From an uncultured archaeon (GTDB lineage Archaea; Iainarchaeota; Iainarchaeia; Iainarchaeales; DTGL01), in assembly GCA_964551725.1 (NCBI GenBank), contig CAZKED010000001.1, forward strand, positions 32,001 to 96,000: DNA of 64,000 nucleotides. Direction: 5' to 3'. Each line of letters starts with the position of its first letter. Positions within the stretch are counted from its first letter, which is position 1. Shown piece by piece: positions 27,313 to 37,300 of the stretch. Below the pieces are notes generated by a model that had not been told where the DNA came from, did no database searches, and saw only the letters and a list, made by a program, of their open reading frames with translations. A program made the position numbers and the translations under genes.

Positions 27313-29106
27313 ATGCGGTTAAAGATTGAGAGGGAAAAGTGCGATTTATGCGAGTCAGCGCAGTGCATGAATTCGTGCCCGCTTTTTTTGGAAAAGAATG
27401 CGCTGAACTGCATCCACTGTAACCCGGAAGAAGCGGAGTGCAGGAATGCCTGCAGACGGAATGCCTTTTTTGAAATTGCCGAGGGCATTCTTTCAATCGA
27501 CGAGGAAAAGTGCGATGGATGCGGGGAATGCGTTAAAGCCTGCCCCTACAATGCAATTGTGCTGGTGAACGGAAAGGCGAGGAAGTGCAATCTCTGCGCC
27601 GAAAACGATTTCCTTGTTTCCTGCGCGGAGGGATGCGCGCGCGGGGCAATTTCAATCCGCTGGGAGAGGAAGGAAACCAGGGCAGCGGAAAAGGCATTCG
27701 GGTGGAGGGTTTTTCCGGTCAAGGAAAGGAACATGCGGGTTCTGAGGCATGGAAACAATGCGAGGATTGTCAAGTGCAACGGGAAAAAATGGTACTTGCT
27801 GGATTCAATGCCCGCGCTGACAAAGCAGGAAGCCGTGCTCCTCAGGAAAATACTGCGGGAATTCCAGGAAGGCAAATGGGAAAAGGGAAATCTGGAAGAG
27901 GCGGTGGAAAGGCATTGTTCCACGAATTCGATTGAACTGGGCGAGGAGCAGAAGGACTATTTTCTCGGTGTTCTGGGTTCTTCGGTGTACGGCTTCGGGC
28001 CTGTTTCCGTGCTCTTGGAGGACGAGGAACTCGAGGAGATTGCTCTCGCTGGATTGGGAAAATCGAATCCGTTGAGGGCATTCCACCGCGATTTCGGGTG
28101 GCTTGACTGCAATGCATACTTTTCAAGCGGCAAAGCCGTGAGGAACCTGGTAAATAAAATGATTGGAAAGATGGAGAGACGGCTTTCCACTGCAAACCCG
28201 AGGGTGAACGGAATGCTCTCCGACGGAAGCAGGCTGAATGCAACACTGCCGCCTGTTTCGGTGGGAATGCCTTCTTTTACTATAAGAAAGTTCCACACTC
28301 AAAAAATGACTCCACTGGAGCTTGTGGGCAACAAAACATTCAGCGCGGAATTAATGGCTTTCCTTTGGCTTTCAATGCTCAGCGAGTGCTCCGTTCTCAT
28401 AGCGGGAAACACGGGAAGCGGCAAAACAACCACGCTCAATGCCCTGTTTTCTTTTGTTCCAAGGGATGAAAGGATTGTCGTGGTGGAGGAAACCCCTGAA
28501 ATGCATTTCCCGCACGCGCACTGCGTGAGGCTTAACACTCTCGAAAGCAGGAACATTAAAATGCAGGACCTCATCGCGGATTCGCTGAGAATGCGCCCGG
28601 ACAGGATAGTAATAGGCGAGGTAAGGGAAAGGGGGGAAATAAAGGCGTTCGTTGACACGCTGCTGGCAGGGCAGGGAAAGGGCAGCTATGCGACAATGCA
28701 CGCCCTGAGCGCAAGGGAAGCAGTTACAAGAATGAAGGCTTTCGGGGCAAGGGACGATGATTTGAAGGGAGTGGACCTTTTCATCGTGCAGAAAAGGTGG
28801 ACTGAAACAGACCTGGAAAGGAACGAGCGGAGGGAAAAGAGGAGAATCACCGAAGTGGCTGAACTCGGGGAAAAAGGCAGGGCAAAGCGCCTTTTTTCAC
28901 TTGACTTCCGAAGGGACAGAATAAAGAGGCATTCTTTTGGAAAAAAGCCCGTGGAAAAAATGAAAATCGCCTTCGGGCTTTCAAAGGGGGAAATAGAGGG
29001 GAAAATAAAGAAAAGGACGCTTGCACTGGAGGAATGGAAATCCGAGAGACTTTGCCTTAAAGAGTTCTTTGAGAGGGCGTGTGCTTTCAGGGAGGATGGA
29101 AAATGA
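27313..29106 (+). CDS. TadA/CpaF/VirB11-family pilus ATPase with an N-terminal four-cluster [4Fe-4S] ferredoxin-like domain
   Basis: Walker A GNTGSGKTT, Asp box VEETPE, LRMRPDRIVIGEVR and His box ATMHA. The first ~115 aa contain four CxxC...CxxxC groups. Confidence 0.9.
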   Translation: MRLKIEREKCDLCESAQCMNSCPLFLEKNALNCIHCNPEEAECRNACRRNAFFEIAEGILSIDEEKCDGCGECVKACPYNAIVLVNGKARKCNLCAENDFLVSCAEGCARGAISIRWERKETRAAEKAFGWRVFPVKERNMRVLRHGNNARIVKCNGKKWYLLDSMPALTKQEAVLLRKILREFQEGKWEKGNLEEAVERHCSTNSIELGEEQKDYFLGVLGSSVYGFGPVSVLLEDEELEEIALAGLGKSNPLRAFHRDFGWLDCNAYFSSGKAVRNLVNKMIGKMERRLSTANPRVNGMLSDGSRLNATLPPVSVGMPSFTIRKFHTQKMTPLELVGNKTFSAELMAFLWLSMLSECSVLIAGNTGSGKTTTLNALFSFVPRDERIVVVEETPEMHFPHAHCVRLNTLESRNIKMQDLIADSLRMRPDRIVIGEVRERGEIKAFVDTLLAGQGKGSYATMHALSAREAVTRMKAFGARDDDLKGVDLFIVQKRWTETDLERNERREKRRITEVAELGEKGRAKRLFSLDFRRDRIKRHSFGKKPVEKMKIAFGLSKGEIEGKIKKRTLALEEWKSERLCLKEFFERACAFREDGK

Positions 29107-29873
29107 TTCATTTTCCTTTTTCCGCGGGGAAATTTTTCGGGGGGAAAATGGGACTGCTTCGCGCTGTTCTTGCCTCGCTTTTCCTCTGGTTTCTTTTCTC
29201 CCTTGTTTTTCCCGGAATTGTAGAAGGAATCCTGTTTTTTCTTTTCTCCCTTTCCGGAATCTGCCTGTTCTCATTTTACGCTGCGGGGAGAGCGCGCAGG
29301 AGGCATGCCGAGAGAGTGAATGGAAGCATTCCCTTCTTTCTCCTGGGGCTCAGGGTAAAGCTTTTGCTTGGGAAAAGCATGGAGGAATGCCTCAGGGAAC
29401 TGGGTGTTAAAGGAAAGGGCGCTTTTTATTCGGAGCTCGGGAAAACCGTGAGGGAATTCGAATGCCTGGGCGCGAGCGTTGAGGATGCTTTGCTGCATCT
29501 CGCGGAGAGGGTTGATTCCATTCCACTGAAGCGCGCTGTTTCCTGCATAGTGCAGCTGAGCGAGCAGGGCTTCTCTGCCGGGGAACTTAACTCGCTGGGC
29601 ATACTTGCAAGGGAACTGCTCGCCGAGGAAAAGGCGAAAATAAGGGAATTCTCTGGGAAAATCGTTGTTTTTTCCCTTATGTTTGTGGCTGTTTCCGCTG
29701 TTTTTCCGGCACTGTTTCTCGCGTTTGTTGCCGTGGGCTCTCTTTTTCTCGAAATAGGGTTGAGCCCGCTGCAGGCGGTCGTTGTTCCTGTCGTGCTCTT
29801 TCCGCTCATTGACCTGGGGGCAATGCTTTTCATTCGGGAAAAAATTCCTCTCATCGAAGCGGGCGGGGCGTGA
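29103..29873 (+). CDS. TadB/TadC (T2SS-F family) membrane platform protein
   Basis: TM pair, then ELGKTVREFECLGASVEDALLHLAERVDS (T2SS-F-like) and C-terminal TMs. ATGA overlap with the ATPase gene. Confidence 0.75.
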   Translation: MIHFPFSAGKFFGGKMGLLRAVLASLFLWFLFSLVFPGIVEGILFFLFSLSGICLFSFYAAGRARRRHAERVNGSIPFFLLGLRVKLLLGKSMEECLRELGVKGKGAFYSELGKTVREFECLGASVEDALLHLAERVDSIPLKRAVSCIVQLSEQGFSAGELNSLGILARELLAEEKAKIREFSGKIVVFSLMFVAVSAVFPALFLAFVAVGSLFLEIGLSPLQAVVVPVVLFPLIDLGAMLFIREKIPLIEAGGA

Positions 29874-29878
29874 ATTAA

Positions 29879-30820
29879 ATGAATGCACAGGTTTTTGGAA
29901 TGGCGTCCGGAATGCTGCGGGCTTTTCTTTCAGGAAAAAAATACCTGGGACTGGAAAAGGAATTCAGGGAAGAGAGAGGCGAATCACTTCAGAAATTTCT
30001 TTCGCGGTGGTTTGCGCGGGGCGTTGTTTCCGCGCTTGTTTCTTGCGCTGCATTTCTTTTTTTTGAAATGCCTTTTTTATTTTTTGCGCTTGCCGCTGTC
30101 CTGCCTGTTGCCCTGCCTTTAGGCGCGCTTTCCCTGCAATTGTTTCTCTTTGAAAGGGAAAGGGGAAAAAAGGAGGAAGCCGTGCCCGCACTGCTTCTCC
30201 AGGCTTCCATTTTTCCACCGAAAACGCCTGTATCGAAAATGATGGAATGTTTTGCGCTTGGGGAAAAAAATGCCTTTGGAAAGGAGTTCAAGAAAGCGGT
30301 AAGGGAAGTAAAGCGCGGGGCAAGCGCTGCGGAAGCGCTGGAAGGAATGAAAGCCAGGAACAGGGGAAGGTTTTTCCGCGAGGCAGTTGAAATGCTTTTG
30401 CTCGCGGAGGAAACGGGAATTGAAATGAATTCTGTGCTGAGGGAGAAAGCGGAGGAAATAATCGAAGTGCAGGCCATTCTGAGAGAGCGTCTCTCGCTTC
30501 TTTCAATACAAAAAGCGACGCTTTTGCTCGGCGGGGGAGTAATAGTGCCTTTTATTCTAGGTCTCCTGAGCGGGATGGTGCGCTCCTTTGACTTGGGGGA
30601 GTTTTCGCAAATGCTTTCAGGCAGCGTTGCGTGCAGGCAGGAAATGCTTAATGCAGCGGTTTTTGCAAACCAGGTGTTTGTTGTGGAATACGCGCTCGTT
30701 TCCTCCCTCTTCCTTTCCTTTCTGGAGGGAAAGCCCAGGAAAATTTTTCCTTACGCTTTGGTTCTTGTTCCTTTGGGTTTTGTTGTTTTTTCCCTTGCAG
30801 CGCGGGCTCCCGTAATCTGA
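29879..30820 (+). CDS. TadC (T2SS-F family) membrane platform protein
   Basis: EFKKAVREVKRGASAAEALEGM...LLLAEETG motif and several TM helices. Confidence 0.78.
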   Translation: MNAQVFGMASGMLRAFLSGKKYLGLEKEFREERGESLQKFLSRWFARGVVSALVSCAAFLFFEMPFLFFALAAVLPVALPLGALSLQLFLFERERGKKEEAVPALLLQASIFPPKTPVSKMMECFALGEKNAFGKEFKKAVREVKRGASAAEALEGMKARNRGRFFREAVEMLLLAEETGIEMNSVLREKAEEIIEVQAILRERLSLLSIQKATLLLGGGVIVPFILGLLSGMVRSFDLGEFSQMLSGSVACRQEMLNAAVFANQVFVVEYALVSSLFLSFLEGKPRKIFPYALVLVPLGFVVFSLAARAPVI

Positions 30821-30922
30821 TTCTTGCAGGGAACAGCCGTGCCGGCGGCAGTCGGAAAACTATTTTAAATCCTTTGATGTTATATGTGTGCAATTGAATT
30901 GTTTGCGCGGAGAGGTGTTTTT

Positions 30923-31678
30923 TTGGAAGGAAAAGTGGAATTTGTGGAGCACGGAAAGGTTGACTTGAAGGGTTATACTTTAATAGAGGGCTTTCCCGGG
31001 CTGGGCTTGGTCGGAACGATTGGAGTGAAATACATTGTGGAGAGGCTCAAGTTCAGGTCTGTCGGGCACATTGAGAGCGATTTCTTTGTTCCCATTATAA
31101 GGGTGCACGAAGGCCTGCCTGTGTATCCCTCGCGCATTTACGTTAACAAGCAGAAGAAGCTCGCGGCGCTTGTGTCCGAGCAGATAATTCCGAGGAATAT
31201 GACGGCGACCATTGCCAGAAATGTGGTGGAGTGGGCTGCAAAAAAGGGAATAAAAAAGGTAATTTCAATAGAGGGAATTCGGACAAAGGGCGCAAAGAAC
31301 GGGGCGGAAATGAAGATTTACGGGATTGCCTGCAACGAGAAATCCAAGGCGGACCTCAAAAAATTCAAGGTTCCGATTGTAGGGGAGGGAATCACCACAG
31401 GCGTTACTTCAATGATTTTGCTTGAAATGTCGAAGCAGGACAAAATCGAAGCGTACTCTCTGCTGGGGAACGTGAAAATCGCGGCAGACTACAAGGCTGC
31501 CGCGGAATGCCTCAAAAAACTGGACGAAATTTTGGGGAACCAGTTCAAAATAAACGTGCAGCCGCTGCTCAAGGAAGCAAAGGAAACAGAAAAAGCGCTC
31601 CTCTCGCACCTGGGAAAATTAAAGCAGACCGAAGCCACGGTTAAAAAGTTCGAGAAAGGCGTGCCCATGTACACCTGA
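30923..31678 (+). CDS. Proteasome assembly chaperone family protein (PAC2/PbaB-like)
   Basis: LIEGFPGLGLVGTI, PSRIY and D.KAAA motifs. TTG start follows GAGGTG (the ORF track starts at 30884). Confidence 0.85.
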   Translation: MEGKVEFVEHGKVDLKGYTLIEGFPGLGLVGTIGVKYIVERLKFRSVGHIESDFFVPIIRVHEGLPVYPSRIYVNKQKKLAALVSEQIIPRNMTATIARNVVEWAAKKGIKKVISIEGIRTKGAKNGAEMKIYGIACNEKSKADLKKFKVPIVGEGITTGVTSMILLEMSKQDKIEAYSLLGNVKIAADYKAAAECLKKLDEILGNQFKINVQPLLKEAKETEKALLSHLGKLKQTEATVKKFEKGVPMYT

Positions 31679-31694
31679 ATTGCCATTCGCTCAA

Positions 31695-32102
31695 TCAGAT
31701 TTCGAGGGAAAGCATTCTTGCCGCGCTTTCCACTGCGTGCTCGCTGTACTGCTGCAGTCTTTCCCTTGCCTGTTCTTCGGAAACCCGCGGTCCAATCATT
31801 CCGCTGAGCACGGGCTTGTTGTATTGTAAAGCGAGGTCGGACATTTTTCTCGCGGCGTTCTCCGCCACTATTTTGTCGTGCCCTGTGCCGCCCTGCAGTA
31901 CGACGGCAAGGCATATTACTGCTGCAATTTCCTTTTTTTCAAGCATTTTTTTAACCGCGAGGGGCATGTCGAATGCTCCCGGCACGCGGACAACGGGAGC
32001 GATTTCAATGCCTAGTTCTGCGGCTTTTTTCTCAGCGAAAGAGAGCATTTTCTCTGCCATTTCTTTCCTGTAGTCCGCAACAACAACCCCTATTTTTGCC
32101 AT
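31695..32102 (-). CDS. ribH: 6,7-dimethyl-8-ribityllumazine synthase
   Basis: Motifs KIGVVVADY, VPGAFDMPLA, GGTGHD and KPVLSGMIGP. Confidence 0.92.
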   Translation of the reverse strand: MAKIGVVVADYRKEMAEKMLSFAEKKAAELGIEIAPVVRVPGAFDMPLAVKKMLEKKEIAAVICLAVVLQGGTGHDKIVAENAARKMSDLALQYNKPVLSGMIGPRVSEEQARERLQQYSEHAVESAARMLSLEI

Positions 32103-32116
32103 TTTACCGCCTTTTT

Positions 32117-32599
32117 TTACACTTTAAGCCCTGGGGCGTTCTCCGAGCCCTGCCTCTGCCCTGTTCCGGCTTTTTCGGTGAGGGATTCCGGCTTGAATAG
32201 GATGGCTAGAGCGTTCAGCCCGTGCTTTTCGCAGCGGTCCTTTAAAATTTCCGCAAGTCGGGCATCGTTTTCTGCCTCACTGGAGTGCACAAATACCTTT
32301 AAAATGTGATTTCCTGTCAAAATTTCGACGTTTATGAGGCTCAGCGATGCCTCGTGCGCGCACGTTTCGTCTATTGCCGCATCGCCAACAAAGCCGAATG
32401 CGAGTACCAAATCGCATCCCTTCTCGCGGAAAAGCTTGATGCAGGCGACAGGCAAATCCTTTATTCCGGGAACAGTATAGTGCTGGAATTTTACGCTGTA
32501 GCCCTGCTTTTTTATCTCCTTTTCCATTGCCTTAATCGCTATTCCCGCCATGTCGGCGCGCGCAAACATTGTGTCCGCTATTCCAATTGTTTTCATCAT
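32117..32599 (-). CDS. ribC: Archaeal-type riboflavin synthase
   Basis: Motifs IGIADTMFARADM, YTVPGIKDLPVAC, HILKVFVH and AGTGQRQG. Confidence 0.92.
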   Translation of the reverse strand: MMKTIGIADTMFARADMAGIAIKAMEKEIKKQGYSVKFQHYTVPGIKDLPVACIKLFREKGCDLVLAFGFVGDAAIDETCAHEASLSLINVEILTGNHILKVFVHSSEAENDARLAEILKDRCEKHGLNALAILFKPESLTEKAGTGQRQGSENAPGLKV

Positions 32600-32985
32600 C
32601 CCAGCCTCTGCATTCTGACAACGTCGCCGTTTTCCAGGGCGAGCTTCTCTCTGAGGTTTTTTTCCGAAATCACTTCAACAACATTCTCCGGGTGCCTGTT
32701 TTTTTCAGGCACAACGATTGCGGAATCAAACGAGGCAATCCACACCCTGTAGGCGGTAAGCGGATTGAACCTGCTCCCGCTCCTTTCAAATCCCTCCAGT
32801 TCAATCGGCTCTGATTCCTTCAGGAATTCTTTCATTTTTCCAACGTCCACTTCCAGGTTCAGCGTGCCGGGAAAGGGAAAAAAGCCCAGTTTCTCTCTCA
32901 CCTCGTGCCTGTACTCGTGCAGTGAGAGGAAACGCTGTCCTTCGCCGAGACCGGATACCACCCTGCCAGCCAAAAATTCCGCCAT
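32596..32985 (-). CDS. ribK: CTP-dependent riboflavin kinase
   Basis: Motifs GRVVSGLGEG, PFPGTLNL and VEVISEKNLREKLALENGD. Lacks the N-terminal HTH found in RbkR. Confidence 0.9.
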   Translation of the reverse strand: MAEFLAGRVVSGLGEGQRFLSLHEYRHEVREKLGFFPFPGTLNLEVDVGKMKEFLKESEPIELEGFERSGSRFNPLTAYRVWIASFDSAIVVPEKNRHPENVVEVISEKNLREKLALENGDVVRMQRLG

Positions 32986-33177
32986 AGAAAAAACTCCTGG
33001 GAAAGGAAATTAAAACATAACGCTCTTTCGCCGAGACGCGGAAGAAATGTGGAAAGGTTTAAATACTTGGGGAGAGATAAGAATATTTAAACAACGCACA
33101 TTAAATTCATTTAATAAAATTAATAAATAAATAAGGAATAAATAGGCGGTTGCCGGAGAAAAAAAGGATGGTCTGAA

Positions 33178-34332
33178 ATGGCGCCAGTAAGAAATGCCAG
33201 TGCTGCCGCGAGGAGAGCGGCCCTCATAGAAAGGATGAAGAGAAAGGGCGGCGTGGAAATCGAAAGAAGACCCGGCAGAGAAAGAAGGCCAGCGCGCAGG
33301 CCCGGGCCAAGCGAAAGGCGCGTTCCCGAGTGGGAGAGACCCCTGCTCGAGGGGCTCAATGCCTCAATAAGGAGCCTTGAGAGGATTGAGGCAGAGCAGG
33401 CGGCAAGAAGAGTCCCTGAACAGCAGGCTGAACGGGAAAAGGAAGCGATAAGCGGGCAGGTCTGGGAGATTATGAGAAAGGCAGGGCATCTGCCTCCGGG
33501 CGAAATTGCGATGAGTTCAAGGGTCGCATGGCAGAACAGGGAAGTGATAAGGGACAGGGAAGGAAGACCCTATCACACGGGAATAGACGCTTTCTGCAGG
33601 GCGTGGAGGGAGAGAATGCTTTCCTCTCATTACGCACACCGCATGTCGATTGAGTCGGCGCAGAGGACTATTGAAAAATACAGCGCTCCCCAGGGATTGA
33701 GGTGGTTCAATCCAAGGAGATGGATAAGGGGGGCGAGCAACAGGGTTGCGGTGAGGCGGCTAAGGAAAGACCTTGCATTCCTTAAAGGCAATGTGGAAAA
33801 ATTTGAGAGGGAAACGCTGGTTCCATCGCTTGCCGCTATTAACAGGGCATTCGGGGAATACATGAGGACGAGGTCAGCCGAGCAATTCTGGCTCACAATG
33901 GACAGCTTCCATTTTAACGGCAGGAAGTGGCCCGGCATAACCAGGGAATTCGACAGGGCGAACCGGGAACTCGCACTCCGTGTAATGGGAAAAGGCAGGG
34001 CGAAAAGAACAGCGTGGGTGCTCAGGCACCTCGGCCAGCCGCCCAACCCCATTGCGGTAAGCCTTTTCGGCTCGATGAGGTTAAACCCTTTCACCAAGAG
34101 GCGGGGGAAAATCGCTGCAAGACTTGAAAATGAAGTGAAGAGATATGCAAGCGGCGGCACAGCACTAAGCGATGCACTGAATGAAATGGTCGGGCGCGGA
34201 AGGGAAAGACTGGCTGAAAGAGGGCAGGAAGCACTGCAAAGATGGGCCGCGGGCGAAGGGGGAGCCGAAGAAGGAGCCACAAGGGAAGCAGGCGAAAGAG
34301 AAGAAGTCGGCGCAGGCGCGGAAGCCGGCTGA
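33178..34332 (+). CDS. Hypothetical Arg-rich helical protein
   Basis: Long ORF filling the gap, preceded by an AT-rich promoter region. No family motif recognised. Confidence 0.7.
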   Translation: MAPVRNASAAARRAALIERMKRKGGVEIERRPGRERRPARRPGPSERRVPEWERPLLEGLNASIRSLERIEAEQAARRVPEQQAEREKEAISGQVWEIMRKAGHLPPGEIAMSSRVAWQNREVIRDREGRPYHTGIDAFCRAWRERMLSSHYAHRMSIESAQRTIEKYSAPQGLRWFNPRRWIRGASNRVAVRRLRKDLAFLKGNVEKFERETLVPSLAAINRAFGEYMRTRSAEQFWLTMDSFHFNGRKWPGITREFDRANRELALRVMGKGRAKRTAWVLRHLGQPPNPIAVSLFGSMRLNPFTKRRGKIAARLENEVKRYASGGTALSDALNEMVGRGRERLAERGQEALQRWAAGEGGAEEGATREAGEREEVGAGAEAG

Positions 34333-34341
34333 AAGGGAACG

Positions 34342-37300
34342 CTAATTCTTTTTCCTTACAATCAGGATTCTTCTTCTCACCAAAAGCACTGCTCCAATGA
34401 GCAGTGAAAGGAAGAAAAGCAATTCGAGAGCGTTTTCCGGCAGGGAAGGCAGGTTCCAGAGCCCTGGCTGCTGTGGTCCTGTCTGCACGTTGAGAATGTT
34501 GTCGCCTGGCTTCGACACCACTTCGCCGTCCTTTCCGACCTGCGTGAGCGACCCGCGGCGGAATGCCTCAATCAGGGGTATCAGCTGACCGTTCTCGGAA
34601 TACCACATTCCTGTTTCGGGGTCGTACCAGAACGCTCCGTTTCTTCCCTGCGCCATTGTAAGCGTTTCCGGGGGGTAGGTATTGTAGGTTATCGTGGGAA
34701 TGCCGTTTTCCGCTGAAAACTTGAGGTCGTGGTCGTTTCCTTCGGCATCCTCTATGTGAATTCCGTCGGCTGTCTGCTGAATGCTTTCAATGGGCGCCTC
34801 GTATACCTCGCCTGTTTCCTTGTTTATTATTTTAATGAAATCAATGCATTCGTCGCCGACAAGCTTCGAGTAAATAATGAACCTGCGCGTTGGCGTTTCA
34901 AATATCTGGAAGGGCCCCATCTCCGTAAGGGACTGGTTGAATTGCTCCACTTTCTCTTCCTTGAGGTCGGAGCCCGGAACAGCAATCGCTTCAATTTCCA
35001 CAGCCGGCTCAGGGCACTCTGTTTCGGGATTAACTGTTTCAGCGAGGTGCGTTTTCATTCCTGAAACGTCTTCCTGCGAAATTGCCGCCTGGGCATTCCT
35101 CTTGAGCCATATTATCAATTCGTTGGTGTAGGGCTTGTAGAGAATGAGACCGTTTTCGAATATTATGGACTGCAAGAGCCCGGCTTCCTTTGTGCTGTTG
35201 TTGCTCAGCAGGGTGTTCCTGTCGGAGTAAATTTCCACTCTCGCTGTTGCGCCTTCAACCATTAGTCTCGGAGCGCCCTCGGCAACAATCCTCTGCTTTT
35301 CCTCCCACGCTTTTATGGTGGGATGCGTTGTGGTGACAATGTTCACAACCTTTCCGAAAGCGCTTGTGAGGTTGCCGCTTTCCTTTCCATAGGAAGTGAA
35401 TTCCAGTCCCGTTTGGTCCAGAATGCCCTGCCTTATGCAGTCGAGCACTTCCCGGCTTGTTGCTATGAGTTCCGAATCGGTGCCCATTTTGAAAATGAGC
35501 TCTTTTTTTGCGGGCAGTCCCAGCACCGTGAGTCTTTTGGGGAATTCTTCCGCGGGAATGCTGAGGTTTGTGGATTCAAGCGCGGTGACAATGTTGTTGT
35601 CTATTAATGTGGTTTTTTTCCTGACGCCGTTTTCGTCCACGACATAGTAAACCTTTCCTTCGCCGAAATTTATTTCCAAAAACCTGTTGGAATCCGGGTC
35701 GCCGACAACCTTTTTCCCGCTTGATTTGAACGCGCTCGGGTTGGTTTCGCCCTTGAACCAGAAGGAGTAAAGTCTCTCGGATTCAAGAATGCCTGAGGAA
35801 AACTGCTCTGTGTCAATGCGCGCCTGCACGAGGTCATCGCTCTCAGAGCCCTCAATGAAGTTTTTCACGGTTTCATCCAGTTTTTCCGCGGCCTGCGAGG
35901 TGTACGTGTTCTCGTCGGAGCGGAACAATCCCATAAGCGTGTCAAATCCCTGCTGGGTCATTTCCGCAACTTTTTCAGTGGAAAGCTGTGCAGGTGCTTC
36001 CGAGCCCTGCTTTTCCTCTTCCGCGGGAGCGAAAATGTGCACGTAATAGCCCTCGTCAACGTCCACGCAGTCCTGTATCTGCGGGGCGTAATAGAGCTGC
36101 TGGAATGCGGTAGCGAACACAGCACTCCAGCCGAAAATCATGTAGGAAAGGGATTCCCCGAAAGCCATCCAGCCCCCGACAGAGGAGGGATTGCATTCCC
36201 TTCCAAACAAATTGCAGGCAGCGTTCATTATCTTGCCAGGCAGGATGTCCTGCACTTTCTGCCTGCACGAATTGCCTGCGCGCATTTCTTGCACGAGGTC
36301 TATTTTTCCCTCTTCCGAGGAACCCTCCTCTGTTCCCGACAAATTCATGTGCCTTGAGAAGGTTATAATCGTGGAGCCCTTCTTCTTTGCCTTTTCTGAC
36401 ACGGTGTCCTCGAGAACATAGGAAGTGGTGCCGCGCATTGCGTAAAAGTTGGGCATGAACGCGAGTATGTTTTCCGCTGACAGATTGATGCCGCATTCCT
36501 CGCAGTCCGGTTCGGAGTTGGAGTAGAACGCCAGGTTTTCGACCCTGTCGCGCACCTCCTCGCTCTTGAAACTTTCATACATGTCGTTCAACGGCTTGAA
36601 GTTCGCGAACACGTTCCTTGCCAAAAACTCCCAGGGCAGGTACTGGAGCATTTTATTGAAGAGGTCGCCTTGGTCGCTGCCCTCGTTGGCGAAAAAGTCA
36701 ATGAAGGCGTCATTGTAAAGCTCGTGCTCTCCTGTGTACCATTTGACCTCGCGCCATACGTCCGGCAGCATGTAGCCCGAAGCCCAGTCCTGTCCGCCGC
36801 CGCGCTTTGCGAACCAGTATGCGTTGGTGTAAGCGCTCCATTTCAACCCGCCTTTTAGGGAAAAGTAGTCTTTGAATAGTTGGTTCTGGCGCTGCACCGC
36901 CATGTCCAAAATGCTTGTGAACCTGCGGCCCATGAAGCCGCGGTGCACCATTGTGTCCACGAGTCTTTCGCTGTTTTTTACGGGGTATTCCGCTGTCATT
37001 AACTGCAGCCTTCCGTGGGTAAGTCTTTTTGCGAATTCTTCGGGCGTCAATTCCATTGCTTTTGCCATTTCCGCGCCGTGCCCTGGCTTTGTTCCTGTTA
37101 AAGTGTAGCGCAGTTTTGGCACTGACCAGTCCTTTATGGGCAGGGCTTCCCCGGAATCGATTGCCACGGACCAGTCCGCGTAATGGGAGAAATGCCTTTC
37201 GATGTCGGGCATGCTCACCTCGCCCCACTGGGGGGAAGTCGGGCTGACCTTGTAAAGGTTCAGGTTTCTGCCTGTTGTCTCGAATGCGCTCATTCCCGCC

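Noticed and set aside
27403-27420. CIHC as a heme c motif
   Set aside because: It is CxxC, not CxxCH, and belongs to the ferredoxin Cys pattern.
27313-32985. Flavin-based extracellular electron transfer system linking the ferredoxin-ATPase and rib genes
   Set aside because: Proximity only: the genes are on opposite strands and separated by PAC2. No heme-binding cytochrome, ApbE or flavinylation motif was seen.
33630-34280. 216-aa minus-strand ORF, and the many similar ORFs nested in long genes (e.g. 14560..15237, 49615..50151, 59192..60010)
   Set aside because: They overlap better-supported genes, show no motifs and have antisense-like composition.
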